Source of the DNA: Anthoceros angustus
Taxonomy: Eukaryota > Plantae > Anthocerotophyta
Length of the DNA: 64,000 nucleotides
NCBI GenBank assembly: GCA_010909165.1
Contig: MU008205.1
Location: 1-64,000 of the forward strand
Direction of reading: 5' to 3'
The notes beneath the pieces are model-generated. The model was given only the letters and a program-made list of their open reading frames with translations, made no database searches and had not been told where the DNA came from. A program made the translations under genes and the position numbers. The first letter of the stretch is position 1. Every line of letters starts with the position of its first letter. Positions 36,891 to 50,065 of the stretch are shown piece after piece.

Positions 36891-39606
36891 TTCTGTCGCG
36901 CGAGCAGTATACACTTCCTCGAAATCGTGTTGTCCGACGCCGATGCCCCTCCACCTAGTGACTCCGATGTGCATATGTGTGAGATGCCGCTTTTTCCATT
37001 CTCGCCTTGTCTTCATCCCCATGCACCCGTCCCTTCCCCTCTTCGCATACTCTTCTCCGTCCTCGCCCTCCCAAAGACCGCCCTCGGAATTTGTGTCCTC
37101 GTATGTGTCATCCCCATCCGGCTCTTCCCCACCTTCATCCTCATCTCAAGCACCAACATCCGAATCGAATTAATTCGCACACTTACCGAATTGCGTTTGG
37201 CCTCAAGGGTTTTGGCATCGCGTTGAGCCCTTATTATGACCCGCAGATCTTTCGAAAGTCTCACATGTGTGGTTCTCCCGCTTCATCACATCCCACAGTT
37301 CATGCATTTTCGCTAGTGGCGAGTGCACCAAATTCGCATTCTTCGGGTTGGGGCTCTCCCATACTTTTCTTGGAACTTGAACTCCCAGCCCACACCGCCC
37401 CATGGGTTTGGCCCTTGTCCATTGGATTTCTCCAATCTTTTTTGCAAGCGATGCCTTGACGGCAAAAGTTCCGTGTTGTCGAGTTCAACTCGTGCCCATG
37501 TGACAATATCCCTCCACACCTTTTCATCCGCTGGAGGTTTCAAAGCTGCTTTTTTTCCTACTCTCTTCTCCGCTAAGGCGTATGCCTTGCCGCCTCCACA
37601 TATCTGTTGTTCCGTGTACGACTAAACTCCGACCTAATCATGGACTTCACCAGAGATCCGGGAACCGTGTGAAGCCACTTCACCGCATGCCTTCCTTCCT
37701 TGCTCGCGACAAGTCGCTCCATTTGCCCGGAATCTCGCTTTGCGCTTTGCGGATGACTTCCATGAACTTCTTATGCCGTGGCACACTCAGGCCACCAAAT
37801 GTCAATGGTGGCGAAGCCCGGGGCTTCGCCACATTCCCTTCCTCTTGCCCACCACCTGTTAGCTCCAGCAGCTGGTCTTGGAGCCACCGCAATCCCCTTT
37901 TGTGTAGTACCAGCTCCTTGTTGTCCATGTCACACAATGCTGGCCCATGTTTGCAACATGGTGCCTCCGCCTGACACCTGCACGCGAAATTCCCGCCCAC
38001 ACTTCGTGGAGGGCTGCAAGCGAGCTACGCGGGCACCGTGCCATTACACTCGGCATCTTGTGTGAACTGGAACCTCGTCCGGGACATTTTCCTCCGTGCG
38101 AGGTCCTCCCAACATCCATGTCCTCCTCCGTGCATCCGGATCCCATATGGCATTTCCATGTGCTCCCAATGTCCACCCTTCGAAATTGCTACCGTCAACC
38201 ACGACATCGCGGCGGTCGCTTTGCCGAGACGCCGATGCTTCCTTCCGACAGCAAATTCTGTCACCGTGACTCAGTGACGGCGCCGCCAAAGCTTTAGTAT
38301 CAAGCGGACATCATGAACATGTTCAAACTAACTGTCAAGAAGGTATAGGCACTTCAAACCATGTCGTCGAGTTCTCTCGAGGAATTGCCGGACTCACGAA
38401 TCCGGGTCTGCCGATGTGCAAGGCATTTCGTACTTGGTTAGGATAAAGCGCAAGATGGGAAGGCAGAACGAGATGGCAAACCGCGGAATGGCGCATTGTA
38501 GCCTCTTTCAAACCCGCTGCTTCCCGCCTCTGCACCGTGCCGGACAAAAGACCACCCGTCGACTTGACTCGCCCGCGCCATGTGACCGAAATCACCAGCA
38601 AAGGGAAACTTGTTCCTTCGACTCCATCTCGACATGGCGGCCGAAACCGCCAGACCCTCCTCCGCCTCACCGCCGATGTTTTCAATTGATGGAATTGTCG
38701 AATAGTTTTGACACGGCAATTTATTGCCGCACATCCTTACATGCAGAGCGAGAAACCGATGGACTCGCCACATCGATCGACTTAATCGGACTACGCCGTT
38801 TTCCATTCCTGTTATCGCATGCCACCCGTTCTCATTCCAATTGCATCGACGATAGGGTGACAAGTGTTACACGCTTCCTTTACTCCTCTTCATAACCGGC
38901 TTTGCAACGCGCTGTGGAAGGCAAGTTTCATACATGAATCTCATCGCTCACAATGCAATCGCAACAAAGCCATCGCCAAACACCATCGGCTTGCCCTTTC
39001 CATCTAAGAAAGGGCGGTGATATTCATTCCGATTTCCTACTTCTTCCTCGGATGAGGGCTGGTTACCAAGTACCGTGTCTCTATTCCAAACAGAGGCGGG
39101 TCTGCATACCCGAGCTCCCCGCAATCGGAACAAGATTCTAATGACGTCATCCTCCGCCCATATGTGCACACATTCGCAAGAATCGAATCACGAACCGCTC
39201 GCAAGTTCCTCCGTGTTATCCGGCATCTCTTTGTATTTTCGGGATGGCGTGTTGTCCGTGTATGGCGCGGGCGGCCGATGCCTTCTCCTTCAAATTCACC
39301 ACCGTCGTGCACCTACGGACCTTCATCCGCTCGCCTCCAGCACAATGTCCTAGGGTATGGATGTGCGGGTTCGACACATCCTCCCGACGCCCTCCCTTGA
39401 ACGCGCGCCACTTTTGGTGTCCGTCACCATACCGCATCGTCAGAAAAGAGATGACTCGCTCGCATCTCCATCCATAGGCCCTCACCATTTATAGGCCGTC
39501 CTTGGGTGTCGGGCATAATGCGAGCATTGTCCACGTTTAATTCGGATATTAATATATACCATTCTCCAAGGTCAAATTTATGCGGCATCGTTGGTTTGCC
39601 AAGGAT

Positions 39607-39690
39607 CATGTCGGTTCCGTGCCTACATATGTCACATGTCGGTTCCGTGCCTACATATGTCACATGTCGGTTCCGTGCCTACATATGTCA
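39607..39690. repeat. Perfect tandem repeat, 3 x 28 bp
   Basis: CATGTCGGTTCCGTGCCTACATATGTCA at 39607, 39635 and 39663. Confidence 0.97.
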
Positions 39691-40599
39691 CATAACCACA
39701 TGTCTGTATGTGGAAAATGTCCATATTTTTCGCATACATGCGCCAAAGATTTATAGGCCGTCGTCCTTGGGTGTCGGAATAATTAAGTACCATTAGTCGG
39801 TGTATTAATACATTATTGAATGTATTAATACACTATTCGATATGTCATCCGTTCCATTATCCAAGGATAATTCATCCGTCCTCCCAACCTCTTGTCTATA
39901 TATGTCACATTAGCTTCATGTGTGTATGTGGTGTCCATACATCCATATGCCTCGCGGGTGAATGAATAAGTACCGATCCGTGGGTTTTTCGATGTTTTGC
40001 TACACACCATTATCGAAGGGTATATCCTCCGGCATCCCATCTTCGCCTATACATGGCACATGACCTTCATTGCGATGTGGTACATGTCCATGTGTTCCGT
40101 ACATCACCCTCACCATTCACTTGTTTTCGCAGACACACCTACATGCTTGTCGCAATGGCTGGCGGCGTGCGTGCATGCATGAACAAAATCTTTATTGCTA
40201 ACTTGATTCCGCAGACGCTTGTGCTGCGGCTCGCTCGTCTGCGCGTGATGCGAGCGCATTTCTATAATTCATCGATGGTTAGCCATTCCTCGGGGCCATT
40301 GTTCCAAATCGGCCGGCCCGCTGCAAGCCAGGCCGTGTGTGACGACCTCTTCACTTTCATGCGTTTCCGTCCTTCGCCCGACCTTCCCCGCCACCACCGT
40401 TTTGTGCACTTGCATCGGTGGAAAGTGTCTCGAATGGCGCAATGACGGCAATAGGGATCCTTTTACGGAGATGGAGAGCATCATCCGCAGACTGGTCGGC
40501 GGCGTCTCGCCGCCGCCCGCCCGCAAAGAATCGCGAAGGAGCTCGCCAGGGTTCTACCGGAGTCCGACGCAGATGCCTTGGATGCTGCAGCGCGTGGAG

Positions 40600-43500
40600 G
40601 TAGGGAGGTGTTTACTTGAAATCACACGGTGGATGGACTTGGTGCCGGCTCTCGATGTTTGGGCTTGGTTCGTGGATGAGCGCCAAACTTGGTGGGTCCT
40701 TCTTAAAGTGGAGACGCGGACAAAGCCCGCCATAAATGACCCGAGGTCGCCACCTTCGCATATCGGTGGATAGTTTTATGGAAAAGAAGACGATGGCATA
40801 GAGCGTAATTGTTGTTGACTTCAACATCCGACATCTCGGGAATAGTGCGAATCTATCTGCATCTCTTGTTATTAGCCTAAAGGCGAATTGAGCTTGTAAG
40901 CCGTGTCCATACATGCGGGTAGTAGAGGGTTTCGTAGTTAGGGTTTCAATGGATCGTTTCACTTCCTATCCGAAAGCCGCCCACGTGTCCATCACGCCTC
41001 CTTCGTCCTCCCTCCACCCCGGCGGGAGTGGGCACGCTAATGCCCACCCCTCTCTTCCGCCCATCATCGCATGTAGAATACAGGGTCACTTGATTTGGCC
41101 ATATGAATGGGGTATCGACATCATCCGCCCGATACGCATAATAGCGCCTAGTGAACACGCGGTGGAAACCTCGTGATCGTTTCTATCAACGAAGGAGATC
41201 CGCATGGATTGCACTCGAACCACTTCACCTTCGGGATGAGTGGTTCCCCAAAACGAGACCCGCAGGATTTCTTGGACATGGCCATAGTAAGTCCGCTCCT
41301 TCGCCCCCATGACGCACGGGTGAACACACGCCATCTGTGTCACTTTCGACTCTTCGCGGGCGATCGTCCGAAGGTGGCTTCCTTGCATGCCATGTGCCTG
41401 TATGCCGTGGCCCAAAGGGACGGCCGTCCATAATCGCAGCCACATGAGATGGATCAATCTTCCCACCCACTGACCCCCATGGATCCATGCACGAAAAGAT
41501 GGCTCGTCGTTACTCCTTGTTCCACTTCCTCCTTGTACTGCAAGAATGGGTCTAAGATTTGGATGTGGACCAAGATGAAAGTGTGGACTGGTGCAACTCC
41601 GGTCAGAACTTGTATGGGCGTCCCATGCCTAATGCCTTTCTGTCGCATTCTTCATGAACTTATCGCTCCAAATATGGGAGGAGAGGATAGTGTTCACTAA
41701 GGTACGACTTAGCATACAAAGAAAGATTCCTCCTCACATATCCCTCCGCCATATCGCCTCGGGTTTGCTACTGCCTAATAGTGTCCTTCCCCGCTCCCCA
41801 AATACCTCTCCACAGGATACATCCAACGACACTTAGGGCCCAATGCCGCAACATCATCCACCAAGTGAATAATGAGATGCGTCGAAATATCAAACAAGTT
41901 GGGTGGAAATTCTCTTTCCGGTGACACATGACCGATGCACTCTTGTTGCATTCTCCCAACCTCATGCCCCGAATCCGACGTTGGCATATCCATGATATAG
42001 TTTCGATTCAACGCTTTGTATCGAGGGCTTGATTCGTCCCGTAAGACAATAGGGAAATAAATCTCCATGACAACATGCCAATCATGAGCTTTGAGGTTTC
42101 TTGACGCCCGCTTTGCAGCGATGTTTGATGTATCCAGGTAAGATGGCTGCATCTCCAAAACCATATCCAAGTCCGGCTTGGATAAGACATACGGTGCAAG
42201 AAGGTCTCCTATTCCTAGCAATGGCCATAGCTCATGCTTGCCCCGTATTCTTCCATGTCTAAACGGGATCAGATCATCTTTCTCTCCTATCAAGGTCGCC
42301 ACAAAGCCTGCATTGTTCTTCTCAATGTGCATAACATCCCTTTGTGTCCACCTCAGCATGTGTCTCCAATACGGTAGGTAATCAAACCATATGCTTTTGC
42401 GGCAGGTGCCAAACTTGCCTCTCTCCCTCAACTCCCGGACTATTGCGTCATCTCTCTTTTCCATATCTGCCATTAGCGCGTCAAACGAGGGGGGATTTGG
42501 ATGAGGCCGCCGCTCCACTTCATTGTTGTACCGGTCCATGTCCAGCCGCCGCATGGGATGATTGGGCGGAAGCCATCGCCGGGAGCCAAGGTACTCCTCC
42601 TTCTGCACGTGGTGGGCCCAGCGAGAGTCTAAGCCATCCCAACATTCCGCACATGCCCTTGAACCCTTCACCGAAAGCCGGAGTGTGCCAATGCCCGGAT
42701 AATCGCTATGGTGTAAAAACAACCGTCAGAAGCGAAGGTCTGTCCGGAAAGAGAAGTCGTCCATGGGTATCCCATGCCACAGTCTCTCAACTCCTCCAAA
42801 AGAGGTTCCATGTAAACATCAAAGTTCGGCACAATGTGAGGGCCCGGCACAATAAGCGGCATGATGGTATAAGCGGATTTCGTGCTTAGCCATGGTGGAA
42901 GGTTGTGTAAGAATAGCATAACATGCCATATAGATGTAGTTGTGGACTTGTGTCCAAATGGGTTAAACCCGTCCGTTGCAAGAGCGAGACGGATGTTTCT
43001 GGGTTCCGAGCCAAAGCCATCCAATCCATCTAAAACCTCCCATGCCGGTGTGTCGGCCATTATGCCCATGGACCCATCCGTGCGCAGATCCATGTATGTC
43101 ATTAGCCTTGTGTCGGTGCTCTAAACATGCGGGCCTATCCTTGGGAAAGTGCCATGAACTTTCTGGAGCTCTCCTAGCGCCGCTTGCCCACGCCTCGACA
43201 TATCTGTCACAGAGCATTTAATGCATTCCGCGTGGTCCGCATAGGGGCCCCGAAACAGCATGCAGTCATTTACACAGGCATGAATTTTCTTGAAGTGCGG
43301 CCCGAAGGAGTACAATGTCTTTTTAGCCTCCGTCATCGACTTGGGCAGAGAATTCCTCTCAGGCAACAAATGCAGCCCAACAACTCGCACAACTGACATC
43401 GCGACGCCGTGTATGCCATAACGAGTTTGAATGGAAAGCAAGAGCAGGTTGCGTTAAGGACTCTTCGAGGTGCAAGGTTGCGATGGTGAACAAGGGCATT

Positions 43501-44150
43501 TCCGCAAAGATCCGGGCATATGCTCTCTCCTTGCTGTACGCCGGAACACCAGCCGCCACAGTTCATCCAAGTCCACGAATCTCCTCCGTCGGCATGAAGG
43601 TCCGCGCGTCGGGTCCGCAGCGCGTCCGCATCGTTGTCCACTAGCGTCCGCATCAAGGTCCGCAGCATGTCCTCTCTTCACAACCATACACCAACCGCAT
43701 TGGCTCGCCTGTATCCGCCGTGTGGCCGGGTTCACCGCACTATTTGCGGGTGCCGGGCGGCTGCACCGCCGGAAATCGGCTGGCCCCATAGGTACAGGAA
43801 GGCGGGTGGCCATTGCCAACTTCATGAGAATGGGCATCACGGGCGAACTCAATGCGGCATGAGGGGGTCAGCAGATCATCGTCGCATCAAGGTCCGCAGC
43901 ATGTCCTCTCTTTCACAACCATACACCAACCGCATTGGCTCGCCTGTATCCGCCGTGTGGTGAGTTCACCTTTCGCATTTGCGATGGACGGGGCGGCGGC
44001 GCGTGGCGAGCACGCCGGGGCTGGCCCCATGTACGATGGGAAGGCGGGTGGCCATTGCCAACTTCATGAGAATGGGCATCGGCACGCGAACTCAATGCGG
44101 GCATGAGGGGTCGAGCGGATCATCGTTCGCATCCACGAAAGAGCTGCTAA
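40600..44150 (-). pseudogene. CACTA TnpD-like transposase (transposase-associated domain, Transposase_21, DUF4218, DUF4216), heavily frameshifted
   Basis: Across frames: SWMR..RIEFA..RCP (about 44140-44070), CMLFRGPYADHAECIKC, EPRNIRLALATDGFNPFG..LHNLPPW, DYPG..KGSRAC, DVMHIEKN, LKAHDWHV, EFPPNLFDISTHLIIHL..RWMYPVERYL and TYYGHVQEI. The 3' limit is approximate. Confidence 0.92.
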
Positions 44151-44230
44151 AAAACATCGAAGTACACACCTCGCGGAACCAAGACCGGATTGTTTGTCGG
44201 CAAAGCGAAAAATGTGCGCCGGAATTTTAA

Positions 44231-46529
44231 TGGTGCTTCTGCACAACTCGGGCATGGATGACATGCGTCAGAACTCCGGATCCGAGGCCGGACCATTGTG
44301 CCGCGAGGATTGACAAGGAGGCGTGCTTCTTTCCTTCGGTCGCGAGGAAGGCGAGGGTGAGAATGAAGTGGCGATGGTGAGTATTTGTCGCCGATGGCGC
44401 GTGAGGGCAGCCGTTGTGAACTCTCCAACGGCAAGCAAGTGCTTTATGGCGAAAACTCATGCCCCGTCGGGAAATGTGCAGGTACTAAATGTGCTTCTGC
44501 TACCCAGTAGCGCAGACAACCACCATCCTGCAGAGGAAGCGATATCCGAATTGCGCTCCGGTGTGTTCTCCACAATTCCAGTCGCTTTCTTCCATATGCA
44601 TAAGAGGCGGTGGTCGGGCCGCGAATCCAGGTTCCGAGCTTTTTCTCGCCCCAAGATTGCCGCCGCCATCCGTCGCTACCGCGCCATGGAAGAAACACCG
44701 AGACAGAGGCTTACTTCCAGGACATGTCCACATTACAAAACAGATGGAGCCTGGTGTCCCAATGGCGCACCGCCAATAGAATACCGCTTAGCACCGGGAG
44801 GAGGCGGCATGGAGGCAGCGGAGTCCAAGGAACGGATTATGCGATGACGCCAGCTCCCGCACCCAACGGAGCCGAAGGGATGAAGTGCTGCCCCTCCGAT
44901 TTGGGCGCGGACCTCGGGCCCGTGGAAGGTGAGGAGAAGGTGTATGTCCGGGCCTACCGATTTGGGGTGAAGACACCGTCGGTGGGGAAGCGGAGATGGC
45001 AAGTGGGTGGTCCAGTCATGGAGGCATCGGGTTGCAAATGCATCATCGCTTTTTGCAGCAAGGGCAAGCTTGGAAGACGATGGTCCGCCGGCCGCCATCC
45101 GAGATGGTGGGGAAAGGCGGATGTGGGCGCATGCTCGGAAAGGTTGGGTGTGGGCTTTACGGGGGCGAAAGAGCTCGCTATATTCGTGTTTCGCACCCGA
45201 TAATCGAGGCAGCATGGCGGGACAATATCATTGTCCCGAGGTTTGAGACTCAAGGAGAGAATGTATTGCGATGCGATGGTAGGGACCAACAAGTTTGACG
45301 CTTCTTGTAGTGCGAAGGTGGCCCAATTTGGTGAAAATATGTCGACACCAAACAAGGCACAATGGATTTGTGGAACTTGGACATCTTTGCAAGAAGAGGC
45401 TCAATATCACAAGTGGAGGTGGGGCCAAGATATCTATGTGCGGAAAGGGGCCCTCAATGGGATGAGCGCAGACCGCCTCCGGAGGGCGAGTATGCCTTAT
45501 GATCCATGCTCACATCCCCTTCAAAGAAAGATGTGGTATAGTGACGCTTATGAAGCAACAAGTGGATGCAAACTTCCATGTGTTTCGCACTGCATCGCTC
45601 ACTTACAGTGGTGGAGCGGTTTGCCTGCTATGATTCATGTGCAATGACGAAGGGCATTCCAGCTTCTAGAGGCGCAGAAATGATAGTCGAGCGTGCTACA
45701 CCTTGGCTGGAGGGATACCGTATGGGCTCACCGGTCGATCGCATGCGCACTGCTCCAATAAAGTGTCTTTCCGATCCCGTGAACGTGGAGGTTTTTGAAG
45801 GCGAGTTTCTTGGGCACTCATGTCGAAACTTGGTGTCGTATGCATGTCCAGACGCTTAGGGAATGTCATGTTCCATGATACGATTGTGCAGTGTTTTGCA
45901 AGAGGCACAATTCATTCGAGCGCCCCACTAGCTAGCAACCATCGCGACGTTGTTTGTCGTGTGGAGATCCCAAGTGTTCATCGCCGTTGTTGCGGTGTTT
46001 GTAGGATCGACCTCTCACGGATTGGAGTCCCAAATTTCAAGGCCCTGCCTGGAAATCCCGCCGAGGGACACTGGATGAAAACCATCCGACACGAGCTTGG
46101 CACTGTGACTTCACAAAGGTAATGCAAAAAACTGGCATCCCAAGACGCTGGTCGATCCACCCACGCGCTTCACGGCGTCCGCGTAGTCGCTGCATTGAGT
46201 CACGCGGTCCACGCCCTCTTTCGCACACCGCCGTCAAATCGTTTGCCCACTGTTTGGAAGTACCCACAACTCACCCTAGCATGGGCATTCAGCCGGACAT
46301 ACCGACTTACATGACGTGGCCGTGGACGGCCGCCCCAACGTGGCGCCTTTATGGCCATCGCGCCCATTTCCTCCATGGCACACGGCCATGCACGACGCCC
46401 TATATGCAGTATGGAATGCTAGAGGCGGACACGACGACGCCATCGATGTGAGCCACGACTTAAAAACGCTGCATAAGCGGGAGCGAACTCCGGTTCTCGA
46501 CGGCATCGTGGAGCCCGCGAGCGCACTCT
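44231..46529 (+). mobile_element. Putative nested Kolobok-like DNA transposon (THAP-like + DDE transposase on +, KolX-like gene on -), decayed or error-laden
   Basis: Flanked by TTAA at 44227-44230 and 46530-46533; ends TGGTGC.../...GCACTCT. Ordered motif remnants resemble the remembered Kolobok transposase consensus (see findings). Assignment is by manual pattern recognition only. Confidence 0.5.
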
Positions 46530-49500
46530 TTAAACCGAGACGAACTCGAATATTGTATTATAAGGGGCAGCAAGGAAGACGGGAGGCGGGTAATAGGAAC
46601 ACAATGCACCGAAGGGAATAGTGTTACAAGGTGTGTAACAAATGCAGGCTTGTATGCAAAGCCTGTGCACGAAGCAAGAAATGTAACGTTCTAGAGGGCC
46701 GTATCAAGAACTGTGTCAAAAACCCGTAACATGGGCACCATGTTTCTAGTAGTGACTTCAAATTCAATTTTTGAGCTTACTTGAACCGTTGTGTTACAAT
46801 TATCGAATCAACTTGAAGCGCCGCGGCATGCTCGCACGCTCAAGGCTTATCTCTCACTTTTGGAGGAGTCTTTGTCCATCATGTTATTTACCCCCCTGCA
46901 TTCTATTATTGTTTGGTAAGACCAAGGGATATAATGACTACATGGTATATATGTGTGGATAAGTTAAATAAATTGCAATCAAAGAAAAAGTATAGTTATG
47001 AGGATGGAGTGAGATGTGAGAGATGAGAGAGATAGACTCCATGTTACAGTCATGTTGCAATTGTGGTGTGAAAAAAATGATTCAACCTATTATACATGAC
47101 TTGGAGTACTTGGTTAGGGGCAAAGGGTAGAACGTATCTTGGAGTGATTGGGTAAGACTCAGTTCAGAGGACTCATCTTTGGATCTGTAAGAGACATGAT
47201 AGTTATAACTGATGTGCAGAGCAGGAGAATGAAGAGGAATGTTTCAAGAGCAAACTCAGAAGCCTTGTAGAGTTCGGAAATATATGTTGAAACACAGCCT
47301 TATGTCACTTCAGTTATTTGCAGCACTGCTACTGATTAGTACATGTGTGCATGTTGGAGTCTCAAGTACACGTGGTGACAAGTGAGTTTGCATGATACAC
47401 CTATTCACATTCCGTCAAAGCGGCACTAAAGTTTGCATACAACTCTGACTAAAGTGACGTATGAAGGATTGCAAGTTTGCATGGAGGTGAAGCTTCACAG
47501 AAATTCAAAGCTCTATGAAATTTCACAGAGCTTTAAATGCATATTAAACTTGAAACATGTTATAGCTCTTCACATACGTGGATTTAGTAACTTCAGTGGT
47601 AACGTTTCGTAGCAGATTTGGGCGATGCTTCAAATGCTAAACTCAATTCCCCTTACCTACTTAATACATTTCAAAGAGCATATGTACCATAGCATCCACG
47701 ATTCAACAACACAGATAGAATTGTTTCAGTCCGATGATCTTATTGCCACAACCATGACAGCGTATAACTCATCATGACATCCAATTCAGGGAATTAAAGA
47801 ACATATACGTGGGCGAGGACAGCTTCGACGAGCAGTCAGCATAATTGCTTTTGCAATAGCTAGGACGCAAAGAGTATTGCGATCAATACGACATGGAATT
47901 TAGTTTGTGGTCCTCAATAGTGGTCCATAACAACATTCTACCGGATATCTGCAAAAACTTGTTTTCTTAGCCAATTGGTGGTACAAAGTACAGCTCCCTT
48001 GATGGCATGTGGTGTTTACGATTTTGCGATGATTACCGTGGACACTGCTGGAAATAAGTGCAATTGGAAATAGTGTAGGGTTAAGGTCGACTAGACTACA
48101 CCCAACGTAGACTAGTCAAACTAGACTTAGCTAGTTGGTAGTTAGTTAACTAGTAGGCTAGTGAAAGGACGCACCCCCTCGTAACCATCCTTTATAAGCC
48201 CACCTACGAACCAAACACAGTCATTGTTAGTAAAGCATCTACTTGATGCAAGACGCTTTCCCAAATGCATCTCTGACTTGGTACCACAGCCATATTGCAT
48301 TCTAATGGCTTTGTTGCTAGTTTTCTTCTCTAATCAACTTAGGAAGCTAAGCTAGCAACTTCATATCCATTTTAGTTGATGAAAATGTTTTTTGGCATGC
48401 ATTTTTTATTGCAGTTTCTCATCTGCATCCTAGGCAACATTTGCTAGTTTTATTTTCCTGTAGAAACTCATGTTGCCCATTAGATCATTGCTAAGTGAAA
48501 ATAATTAGCTTAGAACATGCTAAGTAAAGTAGCTTTTATAGTTAATTAATTAATTATTTATATTAGTTCAGTTTTCATCAAACCAAACATATTTTTCTAA
48601 ATTGTTGGGTTATGGGTCCTAGTAACCTCTTTGGTTCTCGTGATCCTATAAGGCTTATGTTATGGTTGCCTTATAAGTCTATTTTACTTAAGATAAGCAT
48701 AACACTTGCTTTATGTTTTCTAAGCAATCTTTGTTCTCTAGCCTTTGATTTTAGCCCTCTAGATTCTAAGCATAATCATCATGGCTTGCAAACAGTGACA
48801 CAACCATGTTGAAGCAAGGAGGAAGCATGAGCAAGTAGCTCATAGATGCCCATCAAATCGATTGCCTACATGTGGTTTTGGATTGGCAGCTTCTCCAAAA
48901 TGTATGCATCACTTAGGCATCTCATTAGCGAATGTCCTCACCGTCATAATCACCAAATCTCGTAGCAAGATCCATGCACATGGCGTCAAATTCGACATCA
49001 AACTCTCAAATTCCAGCAAGACCCTCCAACAATCCTGGTCTAATTCTTCGAATTCCGATTTCCTGCGATACTATGGAGATTTGTCAGAGAGCAACTACAC
49101 ACATCGGGGCCCCTCTCGTGCTGTCCATCTGCCCCAAATTCACAGCCCGTCGGCTAGATTCTGCTGCAATATTAGAGGCAAATTGCAAGGATCGGTCTTG
49201 TGGGCTTGATGTAGGCATTGGACCAGTTGGGAGCATAGAGAAAGGCGTCGGCCCACACATCGCGATGCTCGCGTACGCCAAATCGTGCAGTCAAATCATC
49301 CTGGAGATAGCATGCGGCGATCTCCGAGGAGCTTGAGGCACGCTCCTCCCCATGGCGCGCGGCGGGCTCGGCCGCATCCGTCAGGAGCGCCAACTTAAAT
49401 TATTTTAAGTTGGTCCCTCCCACGAAACGACGTCGATTCGTGAAGCGGGGCCTCTTTTATTTATTAATTTAAGTGACTTCATTGAGGGTAACGATGCACC

Positions 49501-50065
49501 TTCCCAACGGGGGCACCTTTACTCTCAACGGGTGTGCCCGTTATTGTAACATGTGTGCCTATGGGCATACAATATTCTCATATTAGAACTCGAACTGCTC
49601 CTTGGATTGGTAAATACTGGACCAGAGAGATATTTAGTGGTATACTAACCGACAGTTTCAACTTTCTAAGGAATTGACAAGACGGAAGCATGTGACATCT
49701 CAAATGAGTCTATAGCAGCGGGATCTAATAACGTAAACAAGCTAGGGCTATATAGGATCGATTTCAATCAACTAGCTACTAGTTCTCAAATTACTTGGGC
49801 TTGTTTTTTTTGCTAAAGATAATTATACCAATTTATACACCTCACCTCGATTTCTTTGAAGATCTGTGAAGCTTTACTGATCTTAAAAAGCTGATGAAAT
49901 TCACACAATTTCAAATACAAGTTTTGCATAGCTTGAAAGCTCCGTGAAGATTTGAAGTTCTGTAAAGCTTCACAAAGGTAAGTTTCACAGACCTTTGAAG
50001 GTATTTGAAGCTTTGCTCCACAAAACTTTAAAGATCTCTAAAGCTTCGCTCCAAAAACTTCACAG

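Larger units (their letters stand above)
35568..46754 (-). mobile_element. CACTA/EnSpm DNA transposon, 11,187 bp
   Basis: Left end CACTACTAGAAACATGGTGTCCATGTTATGG; right end reverse complement CACTACTAGAAACATGGTGCCCATGTTACGG (19 bp perfect, 29/31 overall). 3-bp TSD ACT at 35565-35567 and 46755-46757. Subterminal GTAAC/GTTAC motifs. Internal TnpD-like transposase on the minus strand. Confidence 0.96.

Noticed and set aside
36468-37226. 252-aa hydrophobic ORF inside the CACTA element
   Set aside because: It runs through the 370-bp duplication and CT-rich low-complexity sequence and has no recognisable domain.
37500-39300. Possible TnpA/Transposase_24-like remnant on the minus strand (e.g. RVACDNRNGKRRSPIKS at about 38830-38780)
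   Set aside because: The position fits CACTA architecture, but the motif match is too weak and fragmented to call without a search.
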